This document shows positions 39,455 to 52,359 of a stretch of 64,000 bases of DNA, one piece after another; position 1 is the stretch's first letter, and each line of letters begins with the position of its first letter. Made by a program: the position numbers and the translations under genes. Location: contig NC_087245.1 in the NCBI RefSeq assembly GCF_037042905.1, positions 4,528,001 to 4,592,000 on the forward strand, written 5' to 3'. The notes beneath the pieces were generated by a model, which saw only the letters and a program-made list of their open reading frames with translations, made no database searches and had not been told where the DNA came from. The DNA is from Lytechinus pictus (taxonomy: Eukaryota).

Positions 39455-41097
39455 AGGCCTGGTCACACCGCCCGAGCGTTGTTGGAGCGGTAGGGAGAGA
39501 GGGTCGAATTTCGACAACGCTCGTCACCGCTCACAAAATTTAGGAAAAAATCGAAAACATGGGCGTTGCCTTAGCGGTGCACCGCTGAAGCCAGCGTAGC
39601 TTTAGCGTTGGTTTAACGGTGGCGAGCGGTCGCGAGCGTTGGTTTAGCGGTGACTCGAGCGTTGATAGAGCGGAGTTCTGCGCATGCGGGCGTCGCACAG
39701 TGGGCCAGAATGAGTTGAAAGTGCGCCAAAATTATTTTCCGTGTTATATTTTTACTTTAACATGTAGATTAAGGGTAATTTTGGGCGTAGAATCGACTAA
39801 ACATAATTTAAAGCCCATATGACGTCACTTTGATACCAAATTTTGATTGGCTGCTTAAAACCTATCTGTGAAAAGAAAAAATTCCCCAAACAATGTGAAG
39901 TATATAAACTTTGTGTTATGTGTTACTTTAAGATTGATCAGAGTGAATGTTGGTTTATGCTTCTCACATGCCTAAAAAGTGTGTATGAGATCCTGAAAAT
40001 AATTTTATGGCATCAAAATGATCATTAGATTAAAAAAATACTTTAAAATCTGAAAAATATTAACCGTGCTTTATTAAGCTGTGTAGACTTGGTTAAAACG
40101 CGGAGTATATAACACAACAAATATTTTACTATGATGAGGGTTTTTGGCTGAAATTATTCTACAAGTAACTTTTATCTCTGGAAGAGGGCTGGGTAGCCCT
40201 TATATGCGTTATCAACCTTCATTTTGTTTACATTATGCCCAGAATTTCATGGAATGGAAGGGGAATTGTCCCCGCCGTGCAAAATTGCAAAAATGAACAG
40301 CAATGTACACCCCACACGGTGCGCTGCGATGACTGCACGGAATAAAAAAGACCGTTTTTGAACAGGTTTTTGGGGTGATGTCTCAAGTAAAATCGGCTCT
40401 AACATAAAAACGGGCAGCTAAATTTGGTATTGACTTAAAGCTTAGACACCGGGCGAAATGATGATAGAATTTAAACGGAAATCCACGGAAATCAAAACGT
40501 TTCTCATGTAAATGCAAAAAACATGATTATCAGCCCATTTTGATTCCAAATGAGCTCCTTACTCATTTCTCCCCGTAGTTATAGCCAAATTCTGGTTCCG
40601 CTCCGACACCTCCATACCAACGCTAAACCAAGGTTCATCACCGCAATGGATCGCTACTTTAACGCCCACCACCTTTCCAGCAATCCCGTGTCCGCTCGGA
40701 AAACGCTTACAACCGCTCCACCAAAGTTTGTGAACCGTTTAATCACCGGCCGGGCAACACTGGTGAAGCAGCGGTTGTCCAGCGTTCAAGATTTCTGCGT
40801 TGGCCTAGCGGACCCAAGCGTTCACGAACTTTCATCTAGCGGTGCCAAACTTTGACTGGGCGTTGTTAGAGCGGTAATCAACTTTGCTGGAGCGGAAAAT
40901 TGCCCGCTCCTCACCGCTCGCAATATTTTGAGCAGCTCAAAACTTTCGGAGCGGTAGGAGGGACCATCAGCGGTGGCCGAGCGTATTCGGCGTTGCCTTA
41001 ACGAAGGCCAACTTTGGTTAAACGGTGGTGAACGGTAGCGAGCGGTGATGATTTTTTCTCTCCGCTCCAACAACGCTCGGGCGGTGTGACCAGGCCT
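39455..41097. mobile_element. PIF/Harbinger-like non-autonomous element (TTA TSD)
   Basis: Perfect TIR AGGCCTGGTCACACCGCCCGAGCGTTGTTGGAGCGG at both ends, TTA on both flanks, and AGCGGT-rich subterminal repeats. Confidence 0.88.
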
Positions 41098-41137
41098 TTA
41101 ATCTTTTATAGGGTGGAGGTGCTGCAGCTCAGTGGAT

Positions 41138-41627
41138 GGTTACACTTCGTAATTCCAAAGGTTCTTTATTCCGAAGGTTCGTAATTCCGAAACACGTAAA
41201 TTGCCTATACCTCGATGTTCGTTAATCCGAAAACGTAATAGGGTTCGTTAATCCGAACATTTGTGGCGTTATTCCGAAGGTTCGTTATTCCGAAGGTCCG
41301 ATAATCCGAAAACGAAATAAGGTTTGATGTTCCGAAGGTTCGTTAATCCGAAAACGAAATAAGGTTCGTTGTTCCGAAGGTTCGTTAGTCCGAAAACGAA
41401 ATAAGGTTCGTTAATTATTTAGTTTTCGGACCAACGAACCTTCGGAATTACGAACCTCATTTCGTTTTCGGATTAACGAACCTTCGGAATTACGAACCTC
41501 ACTTCGTTTTCGGACTAACGAACCTTCGGAATTACGAACCTTCGGAAATACGAACCTTCGGAATAACGAACCTTCGGAATATCCGAACCTTCGGAATAAC
41601 GAAGCTTCGGAATTATAAATGTATGCG
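41138..41627. mobile_element. Foldback-type MITE made of TTCCGAAGGTTCGT repeats in inverted arms, inserted in a SINE
   Basis: CAGTGGAT is duplicated at 41130-41137 and 41628-41635. Repeat orientation flips at ~41415. Confidence 0.85.
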
Positions 41628-41830
41628 CAGTGGATATACGTCTCTGCATCTGTTGCTTTGAATCACAAGGTCTATGGGTTGGAATCCCACTGCAGCACTC
41701 ACATCCTTTGGAATTTACAGTGTACCTAAATTTGCTACTCTCCACCCAGGTGTAGTAAATGGGTAACTGGTAGGAAGAAATTCCTTGAATGCTTGAGCAC
41801 CTGGTAAGAGTAGCTGTGTTTAAAGCCAGG

Positions 41831-42690
41831 TTTTATGTTTCATCTGCATAGCAGAGCGAGACTATATGCGTACATGTAGCTTTTCCGATGGCAATGGCGT
41901 CATCGTCCACATCAAATCTTAACTGAAGGTTAAGTTTTTGAAATGTCATCATAACTAAGAAAGTATATCGGCCTAGTTCATGAAAGATGGGCATAGTGGT
42001 TATCAAGTAATACTGAACATCTTGCCAGAGTTTGATGTCACATGACCAAGGTCAAAGGTCATTTAGGGTCAATAGACCATGTTGGGGGAACAACATCAAA
42101 GTCTTAAACGAAGGTTAAGTTTTTTAAATGTCATCATAACTGTATAAGGGTAATCAAGTACCGATATTACTGAACACCCTGCCTGAGTTTCAGGTCACAT
42201 AACCCAGGTCAAAGGGCATTTAGGGTCAATGAACTTTGGTCATATTAGGGGTATTTGTTGATTCCCATCATAACTTTTAAAACTTAGGGATCTGGTTCAT
42301 GAAACTTGGACATAAGAGTAATCAAGTAGCACTGAACATCCTTTGTGAGTTTCAGGTCACATGACCAAGGTCAAAGGTTATTTGACCAAGGTTGACCAAG
42401 GTTTATTTTTTTAAATATCATAACTCTGAAAGTATAAGGATCTAGTTCATGAAACTTGGACATAAGAGTAATCAGGCATCAGTGAATATCCTGCGTGAGT
42501 TTCAGGTCACATGACCATGGTCAATGAACTTTGGCTGTGTTGGGGGTATTTGTTGAATTGCCATCATAACTGAAAAGTTATGGATCTAGTTCATGAAATA
42601 TGGACATAAATTTAAGGGTAATCAAGTATCCCTGATAATCTTGCACAAGTCTTTGGTCAAACAAAGGTAAAATGTCATTTAGGGTCATTT
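41831..42690 (+). mobile_element. Helentron/HINE-like element, copy 3 (opposite orientation, diverged, truncated)
   Basis: Starts TTTT..CATCTGCATAGCAGAGCGAGACTAT; GGTCAAAGGTCA / GGTCACATGACC ~120-bp repeats. Confidence 0.68.
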
Positions 42691-42732
42691 TATTCAACAC
42701 AGTCAAATATGATATCAGATTATTTTACTCAC

Positions 42733-42853
42733 ATTTTGGCCCATTTTTCCAGTTCAGCATCAAAATAGAATTTGAGTCCTTTGGGCTGAAGACCAAGTGA
42801 ATTACCACAGAAGTAGATACATTCATCTTCTTTATTAACCAGAGATAGATCAA
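42733..42853 (-). CDS. KYNU: Kynureninase coding exon 2 ([40 protein letters not shown])
   Basis: 121 bp, ttgtag| ... |gtgagt, phase 1 to 2. Contains the KYNU motif [13 protein letters not shown]. Confidence 0.97.
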
Positions 42854-43855
42854 CTACAACAAGAAACAATCAATGTTTAATAGTGTGTTAGGATTCACAT
42901 TCAAATATGTATTCACTTCCAACTGAAAAAAAAACCATAATATTAAATCATCACAATTGAAAAAATTATTTAAAAAACAATAAACAAAGACAAAGAAATA
43001 CAAACTTTTAGATTTGCTTTACGGATCTGTGAATATATGTGGAAATGGTGGGGGGGGGGGGGGGGGGTTGCAACAAGTAATATGTAGATGCCATTTCTAG
43101 AAACCAATGACAAAAAGACATCTTCTAGCTAACAGGCTATCCCCACTGTGTACATCTAGATACCTGTTTCACGAAGAGCTTCCTAGCAAAACATCTCTTG
43201 ACATATATACTACAAGTGATAAAAGAAGTAAACACAGAGTCTTAACTTTGCAAAACCCATTCTTTTTAACATAAATTTGGCAAACCTTGATTATTCTAAT
43301 ATATCAGAAAATAGAAATGACAGCAATGAGAATAGAGACAATGTAGGCAATTCCTGATTAACAATGAACAACAGAGCATTAAATTGCTTCTAAGAAAACA
43401 TTATTTCATAACTTATAAACCAGTTTTGCAATGAGAGTGGTACATGTACGTCTGGAATATTTCATCTTATTTTCATTAGAAAGAGAAAGCTAGGGCTGAA
43501 GCAAAATGGGTAACTGACATTCAAAAGACAGTTAAAGAACTTTCTTTTTTGACAATAGTTTGGCACACAATTCTGAGTTACAGTTGTAAACTTAAAAAAC
43601 AGAAGACATGTGCGTCAGTGAATTGGAGAAAATAAAGGAGTAGTCCCTACCTTCCATCACAAAGCATTAGTATACCACTACCACAAAGATTAAAAATTGT
43701 TGCAAAGTTAAATATTCACAAATTTCATATTGTCTGAATTTATTAAAACTTTCACCTATGAGCTTCACTAAAGCATCTTTTCAAGCAACTGTCCACTTGG
43801 GTTGGATTTCCCTTTTAACTGACTACCTGATTCTTCAATTGTAAAAAAGATTTAC

Positions 43856-44108
43856 CATCTGGTAATTCCTTCATCTTAGGCATGATGAATTCCTCTCTAA
43901 GTGGAGCTAGCTGATCAAGTTCATCCATCTTCTTGGCAAAGCTGTCACTGAGAATGTCCAAACCAAACCTATTGGCCTTCTCCTTCAATTCTTCTAGAGG
44001 TGACATTCCAGTCTGGCGGTCGGTCTTCATCACCTTCTTACGAGGTGGTGATGAGCCATTTTCAGCAGTCCGCGTATCCGTTGATTCTCCTGCTCGTTTC
44101 TCAGCCAT
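43856..44108 (-). CDS. KYNU: Kynureninase, first coding exon (MAEKRAG...DELDQLAPLREEFIMPKMKELPD)
   Basis: ATG at 44108-44106. DELDQLAPLREEFIMPKM resembles vertebrate KYNU DEEDKLRHFRECFYIPKI. Donor G|GTAAAT at 43855 (phase 1). Upstream acceptor ttcag| at 44135-44136, so the exon begins at 44134 with a short 5' UTR. Confidence 0.92.
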
Positions 44109-44849
44109 TGTAGAAATGATTCCGATTGCAGGGCCTGAAGTGTTCAAAATTGTGAATTCAGTTTATAACATTAACAGTAATTTGACTTGAGGTTATTATT
44201 ATTAAACTAAACAAAACTTTCTAATTTCTTCAATAATCTTTTGTGACTTTGCTTTATCAGAGCTGCATCCATCCAGATTTGATTTCAAATAATGGCACCT
44301 GTAAAGTTTCCTAATAAACAAATCAATTAATAATTGCCATAGGTTTGTGCATTATCGCAGATTTATCGAACGAAAAAGACAGAACTCAACCAGAGTAGAC
44401 AATAAAGGCCTTGTTTTTCCTTTTTTCATTAAAATTTTAAAAATATCGTAATTTTATCTAGATCTAATTCTAGATCTAGAGTCTAGGTCTAGTCCTAGAT
44501 CTATCATCATCTAATCGGTGCAGTCACAAAGTGAAAAAAAAGGCCGAGTGGGGTTCCGCCAGGGGGAGGGGGTTTATGACTGCAGAGTCCCTAATTGTGC
44601 ATGCACAACAGAGAGCCGTCAGTGTAGGGGGAATTCAAGTAAGAAAAAAAGGAATATTTAGAAGATTGTAAGATTTTATTGACTTTGTCGACCACCTCTC
44701 GAGTATGAGAGTACAAACATATACATGAATACAAAAAACAGAAGTGATGATATATACATGTACAACTTGGTATGTGAAAACAACAGATAACATATTTACA
44801 AATCAAGGCGTTAAGGACATTTGACTACTCTACCACTACGTGTACACAC

Positions 44850-47800
44850 GTTCTCATCTACTTTACTTTCTATAAAACTATTGTCTGTTTTCTTTGGTTG
44901 TGAAAAAAAATTAAACAATCATTCTGACAAATTTTGATAGTTTTTTTCAAGTGGCAAGCATTATCTGAATTGAATAGCTTGGGCATGTGCAATGCATTTG
45001 GTTTACTGGCCATAAGATTACTGGATAAATACAGAATTCTCTCTTTGTGAAAAAAGGGACAAACAAAAATGTAATGAAATTCATCTCCTATGTCTGCATG
45101 TCAACATAGAGTACAATGCAATTCATCTGTCAGGCTTGCATCAAACCTCCCCTTATTAACAGGCAATCCATTTGTTCGACATCTGAATTAACTTGAAGTG
45201 ACATAATTTTTCTTTCACAGGATCTGTAAATACTTTTCAAACGTCAGAGTATCCTTAAACATTCTATAATTTGTTCATGTGTCTGCCCACCACTCTTGAG
45301 AAACATATTAAAAAGTAGAAGTTTAGCAGTGTGTGAAATCCATGCAGTACTAAATCCATCTCCCTGTGCCAACCACACATTCCCTTGCCCTGTATAATGA
45401 AAAATATTTGTGATAAATAGGTGGTTTCAAACCGCCTCGATCACAAGAATCCCCGTTTAATTACGAGAACTTTTTTAGGCTGAAAAATACCCATTAATTA
45501 TTCCTGCATTCACACCGCCCTGAAACATACCCTTCGGGATAAGTTCCTGAAGTAGTTCCTGAAGTTACGAGCATGCCCAGTATGGTCTGATAAGCAAGCA
45601 AGGCGCGAGATTCAAAATCACTAGCCCAGCAGCCACCCACGGCGCCGCACCCAACGACACGCTGGGCTAAAAGTTCCCGTAATTTGCTTTCAGACCGCCA
45701 AAATACCCACGACCTTGGAAAAATCCCCGCAAAAGTTCTCGTAATTTCGCCAAGTACCTACTATTTATCGGGTATTTTCTTTCGGGGATATTACGCGTAG
45801 TTTGCTTTCACATCGCCAAAATACCTGGTATTTTCTGATCGGGGTAAATTTCCCGATCAGAGATTACCTGGAACTGGCGAACTTCGAGGCGGTCTGAAAC
45901 CACCTAATGATAACCATTGTGATTTTGATAGAGATTGTATGTCTCCTTGTACATTGTAAATGCAAAAGAAATTTCCAAATTGTAAATATATTAGTGCTTG
46001 GATTCTTTTCCCGTAACTAATCCCAACCAGTGTTATTCCTCTTTATTTATCAGGATTAGTTTCTACACCCTTATTCTTAAAAATAGGAACGATAATCCCA
46101 TCTTTTAGGCACCATTCAGTTGGAACAATATCACTGTCCAGTACCACATTAAAGAACTTTACCAACATGTAAAGCATCTCTACAGGACATCTTTTAAGAA
46201 AGTCATTTCTTATGAGGTCTTTTCACATGCTTTTGAATTTTTAAGTCTCCTAATCATTAATTCTACTTCTTTTAAAGTGACTGCCACCCAGAGAACAATC
46301 TGTCTCAGAAAGTTCTTAAGGATCATCTCCCAGGCTTGAGGACTGTGCATCTTACCTGTACCTAAACGACTACAATGATCCACAAAATCCCCTAATGAAA
46401 CATTTCCTAATTTCTTTCCCTCATTATTACTGTTGAGTAATTGCCAATATTCTTTTGGATTGGATGCCTGTAATGAACGGAGATATTAATTTAAATCCCT
46501 ATGATATGATCTCTTTTATGTCTCAATAAATTATTACATGTAGGCCTATATTGCTTTCCTAAAGATCCATGATTCAACAAACATGTTGCTTACATGTATG
46601 AGCCTCCAAGAAATTTAAACTTTCTCTATAATCGATTTTGAACATTCAAATATTTCTGATGAGCAGCTCTGCATCAAACCAAGTTTGTTGATTGTTTTTA
46701 CCCTTTTTGAAAGACTCATCCATATGGTTAAATTATCACAAGATTGCCTCCACTTACACTTTCCAACATCTTGTGCAACGTTTACAAACATGTCACATAA
46801 TTGTGAATAATAAATATCAATAATACCTTGATTTGCATTCCCATCCAAACAACCCATATTTTCACACATTAGCTCAGCAGAGTCCTTGATTTTCTGTTTA
46901 AACATTGCAGTGCTGTCACTGTTCCATTGGAATGTTTAAATAAATAGTGTTGACTTTCATTGGGTTGTGTATCTAAATTTGCTTTGCTCACTCTAGAGGT
47001 TTGAGAAATGTTAAAAACAGCATCAACATCAGCAGATTCAGAATTTGGGGATTGTAAAGTCACACTGACAGGATAATGAACATCAAACATTTATCAAATA
47101 CATCAATGCTAAAACGTGTGATGCTAGAAAGAAATTAGCGTAAAAATATGTTAACATAATCAGTAGTGCTACAGCCTCCATTTTTGTTGAAACGTGTTTA
47201 TTTTCTGACATACTGAACATAACCCCTCTCCTTCCATTAACAATCCTAAGATCAAAACTTTGTGACACAAATCAATATTAGACTTTCCTTTATTATTAAC
47301 TTGAACATCAGTATTATATTACGAGGAGCTAGAAAATCTAAGCTGTCAGTAGTTGCATACATTTCAGAAACATAATTACTAAAGCCTAATCCAATTTGAT
47401 CTGTCAACACATCTTCTACACTTACAAAATCATCAAGGAATCTGTCCATACATTAAAATTGCCCAACAAGCAAAAAGATGCATCATAAAAAACTACTTAT
47501 AATATCATTAATCATGTCCTGCACTAGGTTGTCAAAAACTTCATTAGAATGGTGAATTGATCCCTCACATAGTAGATACAAAGCGCTGACAATAAATAAA
47601 AAACCTAGAATTTTACTATCTATCTTAACCCATAAAATTGATTCAGAAACTGTTGTGTAAATTCTCTCAGAACAATTAAAAATGTGATCGTTTATCAGAA
47701 TACATACCATGAAACCAACCAAACTTTCGTTTCTTTGAATATTTTGGCATACTATGACACTGAAAAACGTAAAGATGAGATTGAGACAGCCCAGGTGTGT

Positions 47801-47960
47801 CTGACTGTCTCTAAAAGACAGATAATATCATTTGCTTGCAAATACAAGTACAAAATTCTAATACCTAGTTTACTCTGCAAACCATTAACATTCAAAGCTA
47901 TAAGTGAAATCTGGGTAAGATCAAAAGATGAAACAGGGCCAGGAATTTCCTGGGTCGAAA
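44850..47960 (-). pseudogene. Degraded non-LTR retrotransposon ORF2 (APE endonuclease, partial RT, C-terminal Cys/His knuckle; tentatively RTE-X-like)
   Basis: Minus-strand fragments LIALNVNGL..DIICLLET (~47900-47810), SESILWVKI, DLRIVNGR, IVPIFKNKG..NPDN (~46100) and IGDEFHYIFVCPFF (~45090). Many stops and frameshifts. Confidence 0.8.
45419..45905. mobile_element. MITE inserted in the degraded LINE (3-bp TSD AAT)
   Basis: AAT|AGGTGGTTTCAAACCGCCTCGA ... TCGAGGCGGTCTGAAACCACCT|AAT. Confidence 0.82.
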
Positions 47961-48229
47961 TTTCGTGGAAGAGGCCTGACTTTTTCAGCTTGCCTTCACT
48001 CCATCCAAGGTGCTTGAAGAGGTCGTCGAGCCTGTTGATGATGTGTTTCTTGTGCGGATCGCTCTTTAGAGTGTATGAACCTTCCCGTCAAATGTCCATA
48101 CTTTCTCAGTGGACTCATACATGTACTTAAATAAGGATAACTTATGGACGATACTGAATTAAGTCGTTAAGACTCTTTGTTCAGCTCCAAATTCCTTTTC
48201 CTCTATAAGTAGGCCGGATCATGTCCTGG

Positions 48230-49080
48230 TGGGTCAGCGTCAAACTTGAACTTCACATCTCCAATACTTGTCCAGTCCATTCCCGAAGCTGTAGGCAATG
48301 GGTGCATTAACTAATTCATTACTGAGACTATTCCAGGGCTTTCTCAAATCTTATGTAAAAAGATTTCTTATGTCTCTCAGTGACTGATCTTGGGTTAGAC
48401 AATTTTTTATCATGACCTCTGGTAGGCCCATGCACCTTACCCAGATCTGGCACTACCTCCTGGTTATATCTATGAAATACAGTAACTTGTATCCCCTCGC
48501 GCACAGCAGTATGTCAATGTACATGTAGGGAGTTCAATTTGAATCGAGTTGTTTGTAATTTTCGTTTGGAAGTTTTTTAGCCTCGGGTACCAATTTAGTG
48601 GCCCTCTTTTGTACATTTTCCAGTGCATGACTATATTTCTTCAAGTAAGGACTCCATACGGCATGTGCATACTCTAAATGTGGTCTGATCAAGGCTCTAT
48701 ATAGGAGTAAAAATTATCCTTGTGTTGATAAACAAATGTTCTTCTTTAGATTCATTAACCTATTGACTTTACTGATCTTTGCCTCAAAATGTTGGTCAAA
48801 ACTAAGTTTTGCATCAATGATCATGCCTAAATCTTTACTGGTTTCAACTTGTGATAGATTATGTGTATGTGACATTTGTCATTGTGTAGCCATTAAATTC
48901 ATCATTCTTTTTTTTTTCCAGTTGTAACGTACACAACATTTATCTGGGCGGAACTTTATAAAAAATTTGTCAGACCAGGAAACAAAACGATCCAAGTCTG
49001 CTTGTAGTAACTCGGAATCATTGACATTGTCATTTTCTACATGTTTCTCTTCGTATCGTCTGCAAATAAGTAAGACATGC
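48230..49080 (-). pseudogene. 5'-truncated, degraded CR1-like LINE (RT C-terminus)
   Basis: Minus-strand LFADDT, LLQADLDRFVSWSDK and [36 protein letters not shown]. Confidence 0.85.
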
Positions 49081-49995
49081 CAATAAATAAACATTAGATT
49101 ACAGTCAGTCGGCAAGCCCTCAAAAAGTGGCTTCTTTTATCCAAGTGATATTCATGACTAGAGTGTTTTTGCATTGTTAATGAGCTTAGTGCGGACCAAA
49201 ACACCTCTATTTATGCGGCCATTGCTGCTCTAAATATTAACAAAATTTCATGTTTTTGGTATCTTTATAAAAAAAGAAAGATCATTCTTTCAGGTCATGT
49301 GTTTGGATTTTTAAAAAGATGTTGTAATATAGGGGAAACTTTTGATCTAAAACATGAAAAAAAATAATTATTTTCATGCAATGAAATTTGTTGTTTTTAC
49401 CCTTAATTTCTGTTCGAGCACAAATGATTTTTACATTATGATAAAGCTGAAGATTTAAGCTTTAATATGATATAATTTTTATATGAAGAGGTATTATAGA
49501 TGGGTCAGCAACCAGCTTTTCATAAGCCAAGTACATTTAGCAGCTCAAAAACAAGAATACTGTGCTCTGATTGGTCATAGAGACCACACACCAACGCAAA
49601 TTCCAATGTTCCCCACACTGGGCTTCTGAAGGTCACACTCACCATGTGGTAATCTCTTCAAATTACCCACGCTTGCTGTTTTGAAAACATTACTCAGCCA
49701 ATCAGAACTCTAGATTTTATGCTACTCAGAAATTTCAGAAATCTCGTCTTGCATCTTGATGGAAAAGGCTGGCTGCTGACCCATCTAAAAGGTGTCACAT
49801 ATCAAGAGTGACGTATGAAAGTAGAGAGTTTGAGCTTTCTGATGATATAAATAATAATTGCTAGAGGGTATTCATTTGTCTCGCAATCTACTATGGTCAA
49901 CAAGGAAATTCGTGATCGCTCTCGCAAAAAGTGTTCACTAGCTTTCTAGGAAATTCGTGATTACTCTCGCAAAAAGTGTTCACTAGCTTACAAGT

Positions 49996-50036
49996 TCACG
50001 AGCTTTCGAGTGCCGCTGCAACTCTTTATCAAGTGA
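49996..50036 (-). ncRNA. Mirror copy of the PLE hammerhead-like motif
   Basis: Reverse complement of 52319-52359. Confidence 0.6.
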
Positions 50037-50266
50037 CGAAAAAATATCTGATAACGTAGTCTATTTATACCAATCCCCAGGACCGTACGCACGAACGTGG
50101 GAACAATAGGTGGGCACTGATCCGTTATGTGATTGGTCGGGCGTTTCACCAATCAGAGCGTCGATGTACGGTGCGGCCGGTGATCCGTATATGCAAATAA
50201 GCCTGAGGTATATGCAAATACGCCACGAGTCGGCAATATGAAAATAAGACAAAATTGGCGGGCTCG

Positions 50267-51520
50267 CTAGTTTCCCGTGGGTGGGGGTTGACTAGCTGAG
50301 CGGTCCCTCGCTCGGGGCCGGGAACGATCGGGTCGGCATGCACTGCCAGGTAAGGGGGTATTGTGCTGTCGGATGGTTCGCATCCAGAAATCAGGGATGT
50401 CGATCCCGCTGTCTCTGTTGAAGTTGTTAGGACAAAGTCGTATACTAATAGCTTCCTTAATCCTGCGTGTATACCAATGTCTCTCTTTGGCAACGCAATG
50501 TACACCCTCCCAATCTGGGTAGTGTTGCTTCTCCCAAGCATGTTCTGCCACCGCGGATGTGTTGGTTCGCTGTAACCGAACATCGCGCTTGTGTTCAGAA
50601 ATGCGTTCAACTATCGGTCGGGCTGTTTCACCGATGTAAGACCCGTCACATCCTTGGCAAGGAATGTTGTATACTACGCCATCACGTCTGTGATCAGGGA
50701 TGGGGTCTTTGGGGTGACCAAGCTGTTTGTGTAGGGTGGTGTCTGAGCGGATAACCGTTCGGATACCGTGACCTTCTAATCGGCGTTTGAGTTGTGGTGA
50801 AAGACCATCTATGTATGGCAAGTCTTGAAAACCTTCTGATCCCTTAGGAGATGTTTCTTCTTGAAAGTGTTCTCGATAAAACGGCGTGGGTAGCCGTTGC
50901 TGTGTAAGGCGCCACGTATGTGTGCTCTTTCTTTCGGGAGTTCAGATGGGTGAGTTATAATACGTGCTGCTCTGTCGAACAGGCATTTAACAAGACCCTT
51001 CTTGACCGATTTGTCGTGATGAGAATCATATGGTATGTATTGGTCTGTGTGAGAGGGCTTGCGGTAGACAGAGGTGAAGAGTTTCCCGCCCTCGTGTCTT
51101 TGGACTAGCGTGTCAAGGAATGCTAATTTCCCTCCTTGCTCAGTCTCCAGAGTGAACTGGATGGACGGTTGCTGGCTATTCATGCATGCAAGTAGGCTGT
51201 CTGTTTCGGAACTATTTACAATTATGAAAGTGTCATCGACATATTTCTTCCACACCCGAGGGCAGCATGTGGAAGGACACTTGGGCAAGGCATTCTGTTC
51301 AAAACCTTTCATATAGGTTAGCCACAACCGCTGAGACTGGGCTACCCATTGCTGCTCCCTCTGTTTGCTCATAGAAAGAGCCTCTGTACAGAAAATATGT
51401 GGATCTGAGGACGAACTCCAGGAGTTCGGCTATTTGTTCAGGCATAAGTGTGGTACGTTCTGCTAATGTAGGGTCGGATTGCATGCGTTGCAGGGCCGTA
51501 CTGCATGCGCCCTCTATGAC
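50267..51520 (-). pseudogene. PLE reverse transcriptase / GIY-YIG endonuclease ORF, frameshifted (ORFs 51299-51577, 50809-51372, 50267-50821)
   Basis: Three consecutive reading-frame fragments reconstruct the RT palm (YVDD), the thumb and the GIY-YIG domain. Confidence 0.88.
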
Positions 51521-52097
51521 GGTTTTCAAGACTTGCACAGTCTTGCCATACATAGATGGTCTTTCACCACAACTCAAACGCCAATTAGAAGGTCACGGTA
51601 TCCGAACGGTTTTCCGCTCAGACACCACCCTACACAAACAGCTTGTACACCCCAAAGACCCCATCCCTGATCACAGACGTGATGGCGTAGTATACAACAT
51701 TCCTTGCCAAGGATGTGACGGGTCTTACATCGATGAAACAGCCCGACCGATAGCTCAACGCATTTCTGAACACAAGCGCGATGTTCGGTTACAGCGAACC
51801 GACACATCCGCGGTGGCAGAACATGCTTGGGAGAAGCAACACTACCCAGATTGGGAGGGTGTAAATTGCGTTGCCAAAGAGAGACATTGGTATTCACGCA
51901 GGATTAAGGAGGCTATTAGTATACGACTTTGTCCTAACAACTTCAACAGAGACAGCGGGATCGACATCCCTGATTTCTGGATGCGAACCATCCGACAGCA
52001 CAATACCCCCTTACCTGGCAGTGCATGCCGACCCAATCGTTCCCGGCCCCGAGCGAGGGACCGCTCAGCTAGTCAACCCTCACCCACGGGAAACTAG
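51521..52097 (+). pseudogene. Inverted copy of the PLE GIY-YIG endonuclease region
   Basis: VLPYIDGLS...GVVYNIPCQGCDGSYIDET...SAVAEHAW...FNRDSG. YIG is changed to YID in this copy. Confidence 0.88.
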
Positions 52098-52318
52098 CAA
52101 GCCTGCCAATTTTGTCTTATTTGCATATTGCCGACTCGTGGCGTATTTGCATATACCTCAGGCTTATTTGCATATACGGATCACCGGCCGCACCATACAT
52201 CAACGCACTGATTGGTGAAACGCCCGACCAATCACACAACGGATTAGTGCCAACCTATTGTTCCCGCGTTCGTTCTTGGGGATTGGTATAAATAGACTAC
52301 GTTATCCGATATTTTTCG

Positions 52319-52359
52319 TCACTTGATAAAGAGTTGCAGCGGCACTCGAAAGCTCGTGA
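52319..52359 (+). ncRNA. Minimal type I hammerhead-ribozyme-like motif in the PLE pLTR (variant core)
   Basis: TCAC-TTGATAA-AGAGTTGCAGCGGCACTC-GAAA-GCTC-GTGA: stem I TCAC/GTGA, stem II GAG(T)TGC/GCACTC, GAAA core. Lies downstream of TATAAA (~52287). Confidence 0.6.

Noticed and set aside
44109..44147. ORF-track N-terminus MNTSGPAIGIIST as part of KYNU
   Set aside because: It starts at a non-ATG codon and crosses the splice acceptor at 44135. The ATG at 44108 is the plausible start.
51399..52097. 232-aa ORF as an intact stand-alone GIY-YIG nuclease gene
   Set aside because: Its first ~40 residues are antisense RT sequence read across the inversion junction, and the YIG motif is mutated to YID.
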